A stretch of DNA of 64,000 nt from Myxococcota bacterium (GTDB taxonomy: Bacteria > Myxococcota_A > SURF-8): NCBI GenBank assembly GCA_963674735.2, contig CAXXQS010000001.1:640001-704000 (forward strand). The letters are read 5' to 3'. Shown piece after piece: positions 36,314-45,808 of the stretch. The notes beneath the pieces were generated by a model. It was not told where the DNA came from. It was given only the letters and a program-made list of their open reading frames with translations, and made no database searches. The translations under genes and the position numbers were made by a program. Each line of letters begins with the position of its first letter. Position 1 is the stretch's first letter.

Positions 36314-38665
36314 CTATTGAGCCGACCTGATCGCATAAGTTGAAAAACGTGTGAAATACCGGTCTATTGTAGCGAGACTAACCTGATTGAAGCCCGCAAA
36401 GTGATCCAGCGATTGATTCGGCTGCATATCCAGCGCCGTGACGCTCAAATGTCCATCCAAAACGTCTTCCAAAGGAGGCTGGGGCAGGTTGATTACCACT
36501 GTATCCCTCTCCGTATCCGGAGTTTCGATGTAAATTTCCCATTGTCGGCCGTTTGCAATTACCCGCAGACGGTGAATGGGAGCGCCTTCCACCGGAATGA
36601 ATTCCAATCGCCGTTCGTCGGTGGTCATGGCGGCATATGTGGGCAAGGCGAGAAAGTCGCCGAACTCGAGTTCTTCCGACTGCCCGTCGTAATCGGCCAC
36701 GATAGCCGAGTAGGATAGCGCGCAATTCTCGGTGGGGAAGAGATCGGCGAATTCCAAGGCGTAGGCGATGGCGGTATACTCGTTTGTCAAACCTCCATAA
36801 TAGGGGGTGAATGGCGTCCACAAATCGCCGCCCATCCCCACTGAAGGTTTATCGAGATGACCGTTTTGAGAGATTTGCTTCATTGCCAACCCAACCGGAA
36901 TGAAAGCTTGTTCCGATGAGAGCAACCGCGATCCGAGGATCGTGAAAACGCCTCCCACCGGTTTGAGATTCATCAGGGGCAATCGCCCGAGGCGCGCCTT
37001 GACTCGCTGATTCATCGGATGAGAAAGCTTCAATTCATCTCCGATACTGAGAAATCCCGCATAATCGGGGACGAAATCGTCAGTCGTGTTGTCTCCGTTG
37101 ATGTCGATCTGATTGGAAGGCTGAGTGTCGCCATTGCCATTATCGGTTAGCATCGGCAGGCTTTCGACCTGAATTCCGGATAATATACCGTGAAAATATT
37201 GGGCCGAGTTGGTGAGTGCCGTAACCACAAAGGCTCCCATGTTCGTCCAGCCATCGTAGATGCTATCGACCACCAAGCTCATATAATCGGTTGCATTGAG
37301 GAATCCACCCAGTCCCCATGCGGCCGGGCTGGACGACGAGCCGGTGGCGTAAATAAGTGTGTTCTCGTCGCCTGCGATGGGATGTAAGCGGATGTTGGCG
37401 GGGAGACTGAGCTGATCGTGGAAAGGTCCGCGCACCGCCGCCGGTTGTAGAAGCGTCGGGCTGAATAAACCGCCGGGAAGCAGGTCGAGCAGGCTGGCGG
37501 TGTAGGCCAGCCCCAAAAGCGACACGAAACCGCTTCGTTGCAGGATTTCGGGGGTTTGTGAAAGATCCGGTGTGCCTTTGATTCCAGCTTTTTGATGAGG
37601 ACCGTCAAAGGGTAGCAACGGCAGCAGCAGGTCTGATTCGGTTAGGTTGATCAGGCTGAGGTAGTGGTAATCCGGATGAAAAACATGAACGCGGTAAGGA
37701 GGCTCCACGTTTTCGAATAAAGCCACTCCGGCGTTGATGTCCTCTGCCGTCAATCGGCTCACGCCATTGACTTCCACCGTTGCACCGCCTACCAGACTGC
37801 CTGAATGTTGTTCAACCAGGATAACCCGCAAACCTTCGTCGATCTGGGCGAAGTTCTGAACCGAAAGCGACACCGACAGTTCGATCCCGGAACAGGCGTC
37901 ATTTTCGAACGCCAGCCGGGCCAGTACGGTGGTGGTACCTGAGATGGGTCCTCCGAGCAGAATGACATTTCCACCGTTTTCCGTAATAATGCTGACCACG
38001 TCGGAGTTCAGCGACCGCCATTCGACCGAAGCCTGGATGGCGGCCAGTTCGGGAAGCGCGGTCCCGGCCGCATCGATGGCGCGGGCCACAACCTGCATAT
38101 GTTGTCCGGTTCGGGTGATCAGCGTACCCGATTCCACGATCAAGTCGGAAAGAGCGGCACATGCCGGGTAGGGCATACAAAAGCCGGTCGTGCAGTAGTG
38201 ACCATCCGGGCATATCTCGTTCCCTGCGCAGGGAATGGGCAGGCACAGACCGCTATCCGAGCAGGTGGAAGCGATCCCGTATTGACCGACGCAGTCCGCC
38301 TGCATCGCGCATTCTTCTGTGCGGCAAACAAAATTGTAAGGATCGCAAGCTGTTGTGGAAGGGCACTCGGCATTTGCTGTGCAGGCGATCGTTTCCTGGA
38401 TGTCGTTGGGAGGCTCGGGGTCGCCATCCATATCGCCATCGGAAGCCGTTGCGGTATCGCCATCCGAAATTGGCGAATCGTTGTTTTCTTGAATGGCGTT
38501 TTCCGAATCGCAGCCCATCAGCCCCGGAAAGACGACGAAAAGAATAAGGATGAAGATAAAATAAAAACCGGATGCAACACGCGAAATGAGCCGGGTGTGC
38601 TCGGATGTGGTTGGCCGGTAAACATGCATGGGTGTAGTACGAATCCTTTCGCCGATTGAGCGCAT
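36314..38665 (-). CDS. DGD / Cys-rich / Ig-like lipoprotein, paralog A (true start possibly 38629)
   Basis: Lipobox LMGC; DGD linker; Cys modules; WRSLNSDVV; motifs shared with neighbours (AWGLGG, YFHG, DINGDNTTDDFVPDY, FIPVGL). Confidence 0.8.
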   Translation of the reverse strand: MRSIGERIRTTPMHVYRPTTSEHTRLISRVASGFYFIFILILFVVFPGLMGCDSENAIQENNDSPISDGDTATASDGDMDGDPEPPNDIQETIACTANAECPSTTACDPYNFVCRTEECAMQADCVGQYGIASTCSDSGLCLPIPCAGNEICPDGHYCTTGFCMPYPACAALSDLIVESGTLITRTGQHMQVVARAIDAAGTALPELAAIQASVEWRSLNSDVVSIITENGGNVILLGGPISGTTTVLARLAFENDACSGIELSVSLSVQNFAQIDEGLRVILVEQHSGSLVGGATVEVNGVSRLTAEDINAGVALFENVEPPYRVHVFHPDYHYLSLINLTESDLLLPLLPFDGPHQKAGIKGTPDLSQTPEILQRSGFVSLLGLAYTASLLDLLPGGLFSPTLLQPAAVRGPFHDQLSLPANIRLHPIAGDENTLIYATGSSSSPAAWGLGGFLNATDYMSLVVDSIYDGWTNMGAFVVTALTNSAQYFHGILSGIQVESLPMLTDNGNGDTQPSNQIDINGDNTTDDFVPDYAGFLSIGDELKLSHPMNQRVKARLGRLPLMNLKPVGGVFTILGSRLLSSEQAFIPVGLAMKQISQNGHLDKPSVGMGGDLWTPFTPYYGGLTNEYTAIAYALEFADLFPTENCALSYSAIVADYDGQSEELEFGDFLALPTYAAMTTDERRLEFIPVEGAPIHRLRVIANGRQWEIYIETPDTERDTVVINLPQPPLEDVLDGHLSVTALDMQPNQSLDHFAGFNQVSLATIDRYFTRFSTYAIRSAQ

Positions 38666-38960
38666 GGATTAAAGGCGTCTCAAAGAAACAAGCAAGAATT
38701 GTACCCTATGCGACAAAGACGAAAAAGACAAGTAATATTAGGCACTACTGGAGACTGCCGGAATGGGCGCAGCGGCGAGAGGGGGGGAGGTCGCGACATC
38801 AATGTCCTACCTGTCAAGTGAAACGTCACGGTGAGAAAATGGTGTATCCGTCATGTATGCTCTTTTTGGTTGTGTAATACTGGTGCTTCGTTTACAATTC
38901 TGGTGTAGGCTAGCGGAAAGATTGGATTCTTAGCCGGTTTCATTCGCGCAGGAGGAAGCA

Positions 38961-39440
38961 ATGGCGGTTCGATGTGGCTGTCAGGTTGTACCGAAGGCGC
39001 AGTGGCATAAACAGCGATTTTCATTTGAGGGCCGCTCATTCTATCGTACTAAAATCATGCAACTCTTTCATAATCCGATCGGATTTCGAAAAGGGATTGA
39101 AAAACTCAGACAAGAAATCGGAATCAAAGAATACCGTTTTGCCGAGAGCAATATGGTTCTACTGAAGGACGGGCTGTTCTCCGGAAAACTGATGATCGAA
39201 ATCATCAAGCCACGTTTTTTCGACCCGAGTATCTACACGTTCGATAAAACAACCTTGCACTCGTTCGTCACTGAGGAACCCTTCGATACTTTGCAGGAAG
39301 AGACCGCTCGTTTCCGAAAAAGGCTGGACGCCCAGGTCAACTCAATCGACAACATCTATTTTTGGCAGACCACCTGTCCGGAATGCGCCAACATTCAAGG
39401 ATATCAGACCGTCATTTTCTTCGAAGAGAGCGAAAGCTGA
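38961..39440 (+). CDS. Small conserved hypothetical protein (GyrI-like / 'bacterial hydrolase'-type family)
   Basis: RBS AGGAGG; N-terminal CGC..W and C-terminal YFWQTTCPECA resemble a family ending in YTTCPKCAK; function unknown. Confidence 0.6.
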   Translation: MAVRCGCQVVPKAQWHKQRFSFEGRSFYRTKIMQLFHNPIGFRKGIEKLRQEIGIKEYRFAESNMVLLKDGLFSGKLMIEIIKPRFFDPSIYTFDKTTLHSFVTEEPFDTLQEETARFRKRLDAQVNSIDNIYFWQTTCPECANIQGYQTVIFFEESES

Positions 39441-39599
39441 AACGAATCGCGCAAAGGGCGCATTGAACGCATTTCCCCCTGGACAAAACACCCCTGAATT
39501 CGGTAGCCTAACGAGGTTGAACGCCGGAGTTATGTGAGGAAACCGGCGCGTGCGGGCCCTAACAAATCGGATGGCGGATCGTTCAGGAGTGAGAAGGAC

Positions 39600-42500
39600 A
39601 TGTGGAAGAACCGGTGCGAAACGATATGGACGGTGGTCGGGCTCTTGACGGCGGTGCTGCTGATCGTCGGGTGCGGGGAGGCCGGAAGTGAGCTGGACGG
39701 CGATGGGGATTGTAGCGAACTTGCCTGCGGTTCCCATGGGCATTGTGTCGAAGGCGCCGGAGGCGCGGCTTGTGTGTGCGATGAAGGTTACGAGGGAACC
39801 CTCTGCGATCGTTGTGCCGAAGGGTTTCATTGGGAAGGTGACTATTGCATGCCCGGCGGTGCGTGCGACGACGACCCCTGCATCCACGGTCTTTGCGTCG
39901 ATAACAGCGGACGTGCGGAGTGTGTGTGCGATGAGGGGTATGACGGCGATTGGTGCGAGACTTGTGCGCCGGGTTATGTCCCGGATGGCCTGCTCTGTGT
40001 GCCTGCCTCGGCCTGCGATCCCAATCCCTGTATCCACGGCGTCTGTCGCATCGGCGACGACGGGCCGGAGTGTCTGTGCGATACGGGATATGCCGGTGAA
40101 TTCTGTGATGAATGCGCCCCGAGTTATGTTGAGGATGATGGCGAGTGCGTTCCCGATACGGAAAATGCCTGTCTTCCCAATCCTTGTACCGAAAGTCACC
40201 GTAGTCGTTGCATAACCGATGGCGAGGGTTATCGGTGCGATTGCGATGACGGATATTATGACGACAACGGGGTCTGTGTCGAGGGCGCCGGTCCGTGTTT
40301 GCCCAATCCGTGTGAAGAACCCAATCGCGGGGTATGCGAACCGGCTGGCGAGGATAGCTTCGTGTGCCGCTGTGATGTCGGTTATCACGAGGAAAACGGC
40401 GAGTGTGTCGAATCCAGCGCCTGCGAGCCGAATCCCTGCAACATCGTCAACCGGACCATCTGCGTGGAAGCCCAGGACGGCCACGAGTGTTTGTGCGATC
40501 CCAACTATCACCTGGAGGTCGACCTGTGTGTGGCGGACGATGCCTGCCACCCCAATCCCTGCGAGGATCCGAATCGCACCTGGTGTGTCGAGACGCCCGG
40601 CACCTACGATTGCCAATGCGACCCCGGTTATCACGATGATGCCGGTAGTTGCGCGGAGGATACCGTTTGCAACCCGGTTACGACCTGTACGGGACGCGGT
40701 GCCTGCACCGGAAATGGATTGGAATGTGCTTGTGGTGAAGGGTATGCCGGCGATCACTGTGAAATCTGTGACGATGGTTATTACGAATCGAATAACCACA
40801 TCTGCATGTTGCGTACGCCCTGCCAACCCAATCCCTGCAACATCGTTCACACAACCGACTGCCGGGTGGTCGGGGATGATGGTTATGAATGCGGATGTGA
40901 TGACGGATATCAGGATGTCGATGACAACGATACCTGTTTACCGGATTGTTCGACGGCCGCGCTGGATTGCGGGGCTTTCGGCGGCTGCGAAATCGTCGCC
41001 GGAATGGCGAGTTGCGTCTGCGAGCAGGGTTTCGGTGGCACGGCTTGCGATATTCGCGGCTGCACGACGGAAATCGTTTATCGCGACACAAGCGGGACCA
41101 TCCAAAATCTATACATTCGAGGCGAGTTCAACGGCTGGGGCGAGCAGGACAAGATGACGAAAGACGGCGATACCTTCCACATCGTGCTCGATCTGTCGCC
41201 GGGAGATTATGCCTATAAATTCTGGGACAAAGATCACGATACCTGGTTCCGTGACGAGCAGAACCCGTACACCATGTGGGTCGGCGATAGCCGGAACTCG
41301 CGCTTGCGCGTGTTCGATTGCGATGAACCGATGCTCGTTTTATCGGATGAACCGGTTGTGGGGGCAGACTCCATTTCCTTCGATGTGCAATTTATTCGTG
41401 GCAATGGACGAGATGCGCTCGATTCCTCTTCCGTGACCGTCACTCGCAGCGGGGCTTCCTACAGTGCGACTTACGACGAAGCGACTCGCCGTTTTTCCGT
41501 GCGCGATACCAGCCTCGATCCGGGCAAGTATGGTTATTTGTTCAAGGCGGCCGATACGGCGGGACATCCGGCCCGGCCCTTGTTCGCTCCTTTGTGGGTT
41601 GAAAATACGGACTTCGACTGGCGTGACGGTATTATTTATTTCACCATGACCGATCGTTTCAAAAACGGCGATGCCGGAAACGATCAGACCGCCGGGGTGG
41701 AGTGGGCCGCCGAATGGCAGGGAGGCGATTTCGCGGGGATTATCGACAAATTGGAAGACGGCTACTTCGAGAGCCTGGGCGTCAACGTTTTGTGGATTTC
41801 CTCTATCAGCGAAAATACGCCGGGTACGGGTGCGGGAATGAGTGACGGCCACATGTATTCGGGTTATCACAGCTACTGGCCGATCAGCAGCGGTTGGACC
41901 GACGACAACCCGCTTGCGGGTGTCGAACCGGTCGATCCGCATTTTGGCGATTTGGACGAATTTCGTGAGTTGGTCGAGGCGGCGCACGCACGCGGGATTC
42001 GCGTCCTGGTCGATTTTGTGGCCAACCACGTGCATGCCAGTCACCCGTTTTATGTCGATCATCAAAACGACGGTTGGTTCCATATGCCGCCGCGTATGTG
42101 TGGCGACAGCACGGGAGGGCAGTCCAATTGGGATGTGATTCCCATCGAATGCTGGTTCACCGACTATTTGCCGGATTTGGAGTACAAAAGCCTGGATGTC
42201 ACCAAGGCCATGACGGATCATGCGGTGTGGCTGGTACAGGAAACCAACATCGACGGTTTTCGCATGGATGCCGTGAAACATATGATCCATGATATCGGTT
42301 GGACGCTACGTGCGCGTATCGACGAAGAAGTGGATACGACCGGCGACACACGTTTTTACATGGTGGGTGAAACATTTACCGGCGAGGGACAGGAAGACTT
42401 GATTCTTGCCTACATTGGCGAGGACGAGTTGGACGGCCAATTCGATTTCCCGCTGTATTGGAATGTCATGGCGGCTTTCCTGCACGAGTCGCGTGATTTA

Positions 42501-43130
42501 AGCGCCTTATCGGGTATGTTGGCCAGCAACGAAGCTTACTATCCCGATAGCGCCATTTTGAGCAATTTCATGGGTAATCACGACGTGGCACGGGCGATTT
42601 CGCAGGCCGATGGTAACATTGGCGATGCGTGGAGTAATCCGCCGGATTTGCCCAACAGTGACCAGCCGTTTGATCGCATGAAACTGGCCTGGAGCTTCTT
42701 GTTCACCATTCCCGGTTTACCGCTGATTTACTACGGTGATGAAATCGGCATGCCCGGTTCGGGCGATCCCGACAATCGCCGCATGATGATGTTCGAACCG
42801 TCGTTGAGCGCGCGACCGCAGGATATGCTGGATCACGTGCGCTTGCTGGGGCAGATTCGGCGCGATCATCCGGTTTTGGCGCGCGGCCTGCGCAGTACCC
42901 TCTATGTGACGTCCACCTTCTGGGCTTACGGATTGCAGTACGGCAGCCAAAAAGCGGTGGTCGTGCTCAATCGATCGAACGGCACGCAAAGCCAATCGGT
43001 CAACCTGTCGTCGCTCGGTATCACGTCGGGGACACTCACCGACCAGTTGAATGGAGGAACGGTCAGTGTGTCGGGTGGTTCGGCCACGATTTCGGTGGAA
43101 CCATACGATGCGCGGATTCTCGTTCCTTGA
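39600..43130 (+). CDS. Lipoprotein alpha-amylase family enzyme (GH13) with ~10 EGF-like repeats and CBM48-like domain
   Basis: RBS AAGGA; lipobox IVGC; CxPNPC...CxCDxGY repeats; YIRGEFNGW (CBM48-like); IYFTMTDRF, GYHSYW, DFVANH, FRMDAVKH, GET, NHD, YYGDEIG. Confidence 0.93.
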   Translation: MWKNRCETIWTVVGLLTAVLLIVGCGEAGSELDGDGDCSELACGSHGHCVEGAGGAACVCDEGYEGTLCDRCAEGFHWEGDYCMPGGACDDDPCIHGLCVDNSGRAECVCDEGYDGDWCETCAPGYVPDGLLCVPASACDPNPCIHGVCRIGDDGPECLCDTGYAGEFCDECAPSYVEDDGECVPDTENACLPNPCTESHRSRCITDGEGYRCDCDDGYYDDNGVCVEGAGPCLPNPCEEPNRGVCEPAGEDSFVCRCDVGYHEENGECVESSACEPNPCNIVNRTICVEAQDGHECLCDPNYHLEVDLCVADDACHPNPCEDPNRTWCVETPGTYDCQCDPGYHDDAGSCAEDTVCNPVTTCTGRGACTGNGLECACGEGYAGDHCEICDDGYYESNNHICMLRTPCQPNPCNIVHTTDCRVVGDDGYECGCDDGYQDVDDNDTCLPDCSTAALDCGAFGGCEIVAGMASCVCEQGFGGTACDIRGCTTEIVYRDTSGTIQNLYIRGEFNGWGEQDKMTKDGDTFHIVLDLSPGDYAYKFWDKDHDTWFRDEQNPYTMWVGDSRNSRLRVFDCDEPMLVLSDEPVVGADSISFDVQFIRGNGRDALDSSSVTVTRSGASYSATYDEATRRFSVRDTSLDPGKYGYLFKAADTAGHPARPLFAPLWVENTDFDWRDGIIYFTMTDRFKNGDAGNDQTAGVEWAAEWQGGDFAGIIDKLEDGYFESLGVNVLWISSISENTPGTGAGMSDGHMYSGYHSYWPISSGWTDDNPLAGVEPVDPHFGDLDEFRELVEAAHARGIRVLVDFVANHVHASHPFYVDHQNDGWFHMPPRMCGDSTGGQSNWDVIPIECWFTDYLPDLEYKSLDVTKAMTDHAVWLVQETNIDGFRMDAVKHMIHDIGWTLRARIDEEVDTTGDTRFYMVGETFTGEGQEDLILAYIGEDELDGQFDFPLYWNVMAAFLHESRDLSALSGMLASNEAYYPDSAILSNFMGNHDVARAISQADGNIGDAWSNPPDLPNSDQPFDRMKLAWSFLFTIPGLPLIYYGDEIGMPGSGDPDNRRMMMFEPSLSARPQDMLDHVRLLGQIRRDHPVLARGLRSTLYVTSTFWAYGLQYGSQKAVVVLNRSNGTQSQSVNLSSLGITSGTLTDQLNGGTVSVSGGSATISVEPYDARILVP
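39711..41048 (+). repeat. Array of ~10 EGF / laminin-EGF-like protein repeats
   Basis: By eye, four 8-Cys modules (ending GYxGxxCxxCxxGYxxxxxxC) and six 6-Cys modules. Confidence 0.85.
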
Positions 43131-43144
43131 GTGGAGGTTGACTG

Positions 43145-45799
43145 ATGCGGTGGATTGCAGTGATCGGATGGATTGCGTGGACGGTGACGCTGTTTTCCTG
43201 CGATGAAAGCGGGCAGGATGGCGACTCTCCCTGTTTCGGCATCGACTGTTCGTCTCATGGCGTGTGCGTGGAAGATGGGGATGCTTTTATTTGTGAATGC
43301 CACGGCGGTTACACCGGGGAGCTTTGCGAGCTCTGCGAAATCGGTTTGGTGATGGTTGAGGGACAATGCGTTCCTGCTGGCGAGAGTCCATGCATTCCCA
43401 ACCCCTGTGAACATGGAACCTGTTCGGTCCAGGACGACGGGATTTCGATTGCCTGCGAATGCATGCAAGGCTTTGCAGGGGATCTATGCGATCGCTGTGC
43501 CGACGACTACCTCGACGATGGCTCGGGTGACTGCATCGCGGTCGACGGCGATAATCCTGCCGATGGAGACGTTCCAGACGGCGACAGCTCGGATGGCGAT
43601 ATGTCCGATGGTGATTTTTTAGACGGCGATACTGATGGCGATACCGAGGGTGATTTCGATGTCGAGGATGTGGATGTCTGCATTCCCAATCCCTGCACCG
43701 ATCTGCACAAAACCGTTTGTGTGCCCAACGATGATACCTTTTCTTGTTCCTGCGAACCGGGCTATTCGGAAACGGCAGGCCTATGCGTTCCCGACTGCGA
43801 TGTCGAGGCTGGATTGTGCAGCGCCGCCCACGACTCGGCCCCCAAACTTGTTAGTGCTAACGGATATTCCGCCGTCGCCTGGGACAAGACCTCACGCAAA
43901 ATCGACACGTTTCTCGAACATATGTACCGCAATTGGGATGAGGATGTGTGGACGCGCGACTTGCTCTTCGATAGTTATTTCGGGCTGCGCTACGACGGGA
44001 CGGGCAAATGGCTCGACACGGTCGAGCCGTTGCATGTCGGGTATTTGCGCGAAAGCGGTGTCATTCACCTTGTACGCGACCTGAGCGGACTACGGGTCGA
44101 GACCTTCGTTTACGCGCCTTTCGAGATCGATGCAGCGGCGATGGTGATGTTGATCAAAGTAACCAACACCCGCAGCCAAGCAGCGGATGTGTCGCTGTAT
44201 TCGTTGCACAATGCCCATCTCGGTTACACCAGCGCGGAAGATCCGGTCAATCCCGATGCCGAGGATGAAAGCATCATTCGCGATGCCAGCGGCGCATGGG
44301 TGGAAAAGGGCGTTGGCGGAACGCTTGTCTATCGCTCGTTCGAACTACCCAGCCATGCCGGATGCTCACCCCAGAATCCCTATCAGGCTTTGCTCGATGG
44401 GCATGATCTAGCCGACAATACCGGCGATGTCGCGGTTGGAGACGATCGTGTGGCAGGCTTCCAAAAAGATGTCCACCTGGAACCGGGCTCCATCGGCTGG
44501 TTCGGTGTCGCGATGGCCTATCATCCGGGTGATGACGCGGTGTCCCTTTTAGCGAAACTTGAAACCGTATATGGCGATAAAACATCCGAAACGGTACTGG
44601 CCGAAGCCGTCGATGCCTGGGAGACTTGGCGTGTCGCGCCTCCCGCCGGGCTGTCACCGGCCGAACTTGCCGTCTACCGGCAATCGGAAGCGGTATTGCG
44701 GATGGGGCAGGTACGCGAGAACTCCGATTTGTCGTATGGTCAGATTTTGGCATCCATGCCGCCGGGCAATTGGAATATCTGCTGGATGCGCGATATGGCC
44801 TACGCCATTGTGGCATTGGCACGAAGTGGGCATGCCGTCGAGGCGCGCGCGGCGCTGGAATTCGTCTTGAATGCGGACAGTGGCTACTATGAAAGTTATA
44901 GCGGTGTGCCCTATCAGGTGACTATCACGCGCTATTTCGGGCGTGGAAAAGAAGAGACCGACTCCAACGAAAACGGGCCCAACATCGAATACGACGGATT
45001 CGGATTGTTTTTATGGGCCCTGGCCGAAACGATGGCTGCCGAAGGCGATACAAGCCTGCTTGACGACAACTGGGTTGTCGTACGGGACAAAATCGCCGGG
45101 GCGTTGGTCGATCTTGTCGATGACTCCAACATGATCGGCCCGGACAGCTCCATCTGGGAGGTCCACTGGAACGGCCAGCAAAAGCACTACAGCTATACAA
45201 CTCTCACGGCTGCCAATGGATTGTGTGCCATTTCTCCTGCGGTGCGTTCGTTAGGCCATGGTGTGGAAGCCGATTTCTACGAAACAGCCGCAGCCGGATT
45301 GCGTAATGCTCTGAAGGCCGGTTGTGTCGACAACGCCAATGTCTTGGCCAGTTCTATCGAAGAGTTGACCAATGGTTGGGGGCATTACGATGTCGCGACA
45401 GTGGAAGCCTTCAATTGGCCGATTCTCGATCCATCGGGGGGAGTGGCCGACGCGACTTTTGCCATGTATGACAGCCACCTCCAAGTGGCCAGCGGCCACG
45501 GCTATTTTCGTAACGACGACGGCGGTTGGTATGATTCGCAGGAATGGGTTTTCGTCGATCTGCGAGCGGCGCGGGCGTTGCGTCGTGCCGGGGAAACCGC
45601 TAAAGCCGATGCTCTGCTCGATTGGATCACCGCACAGGCCTTGGCCAACCAGGGGCTTATCAGCGAATTGCACCATCCCACCAGCGGAGACTACGAAGGC
45701 GAATATCCCATGGTCGGCTTCGGAGCCGGAGCCTATCTTCTGGCGATCTTCGAACGACTCGATCCATCGGCCGTATCTGCCGCTTGCGGGGATTGGTAG
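43145..45799 (+). CDS. Lipoprotein glucoamylase-like enzyme (GH15) with three EGF-like repeats and a DGD linker
   Basis: RBS GGAGG; lipobox LFSC; EGF modules; ILAS...WNICWMRD, SIWE (general acid), GLISE (base region). Confidence 0.88.
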   Translation: MRWIAVIGWIAWTVTLFSCDESGQDGDSPCFGIDCSSHGVCVEDGDAFICECHGGYTGELCELCEIGLVMVEGQCVPAGESPCIPNPCEHGTCSVQDDGISIACECMQGFAGDLCDRCADDYLDDGSGDCIAVDGDNPADGDVPDGDSSDGDMSDGDFLDGDTDGDTEGDFDVEDVDVCIPNPCTDLHKTVCVPNDDTFSCSCEPGYSETAGLCVPDCDVEAGLCSAAHDSAPKLVSANGYSAVAWDKTSRKIDTFLEHMYRNWDEDVWTRDLLFDSYFGLRYDGTGKWLDTVEPLHVGYLRESGVIHLVRDLSGLRVETFVYAPFEIDAAAMVMLIKVTNTRSQAADVSLYSLHNAHLGYTSAEDPVNPDAEDESIIRDASGAWVEKGVGGTLVYRSFELPSHAGCSPQNPYQALLDGHDLADNTGDVAVGDDRVAGFQKDVHLEPGSIGWFGVAMAYHPGDDAVSLLAKLETVYGDKTSETVLAEAVDAWETWRVAPPAGLSPAELAVYRQSEAVLRMGQVRENSDLSYGQILASMPPGNWNICWMRDMAYAIVALARSGHAVEARAALEFVLNADSGYYESYSGVPYQVTITRYFGRGKEETDSNENGPNIEYDGFGLFLWALAETMAAEGDTSLLDDNWVVVRDKIAGALVDLVDDSNMIGPDSSIWEVHWNGQQKHYSYTTLTAANGLCAISPAVRSLGHGVEADFYETAAAGLRNALKAGCVDNANVLASSIEELTNGWGHYDVATVEAFNWPILDPSGGVADATFAMYDSHLQVASGHGYFRNDDGGWYDSQEWVFVDLRAARALRRAGETAKADALLDWITAQALANQGLISELHHPTSGDYEGEYPMVGFGAGAYLLAIFERLDPSAVSAACGDW

Positions 45800-45808
45800 G
45801 CCGACGAG

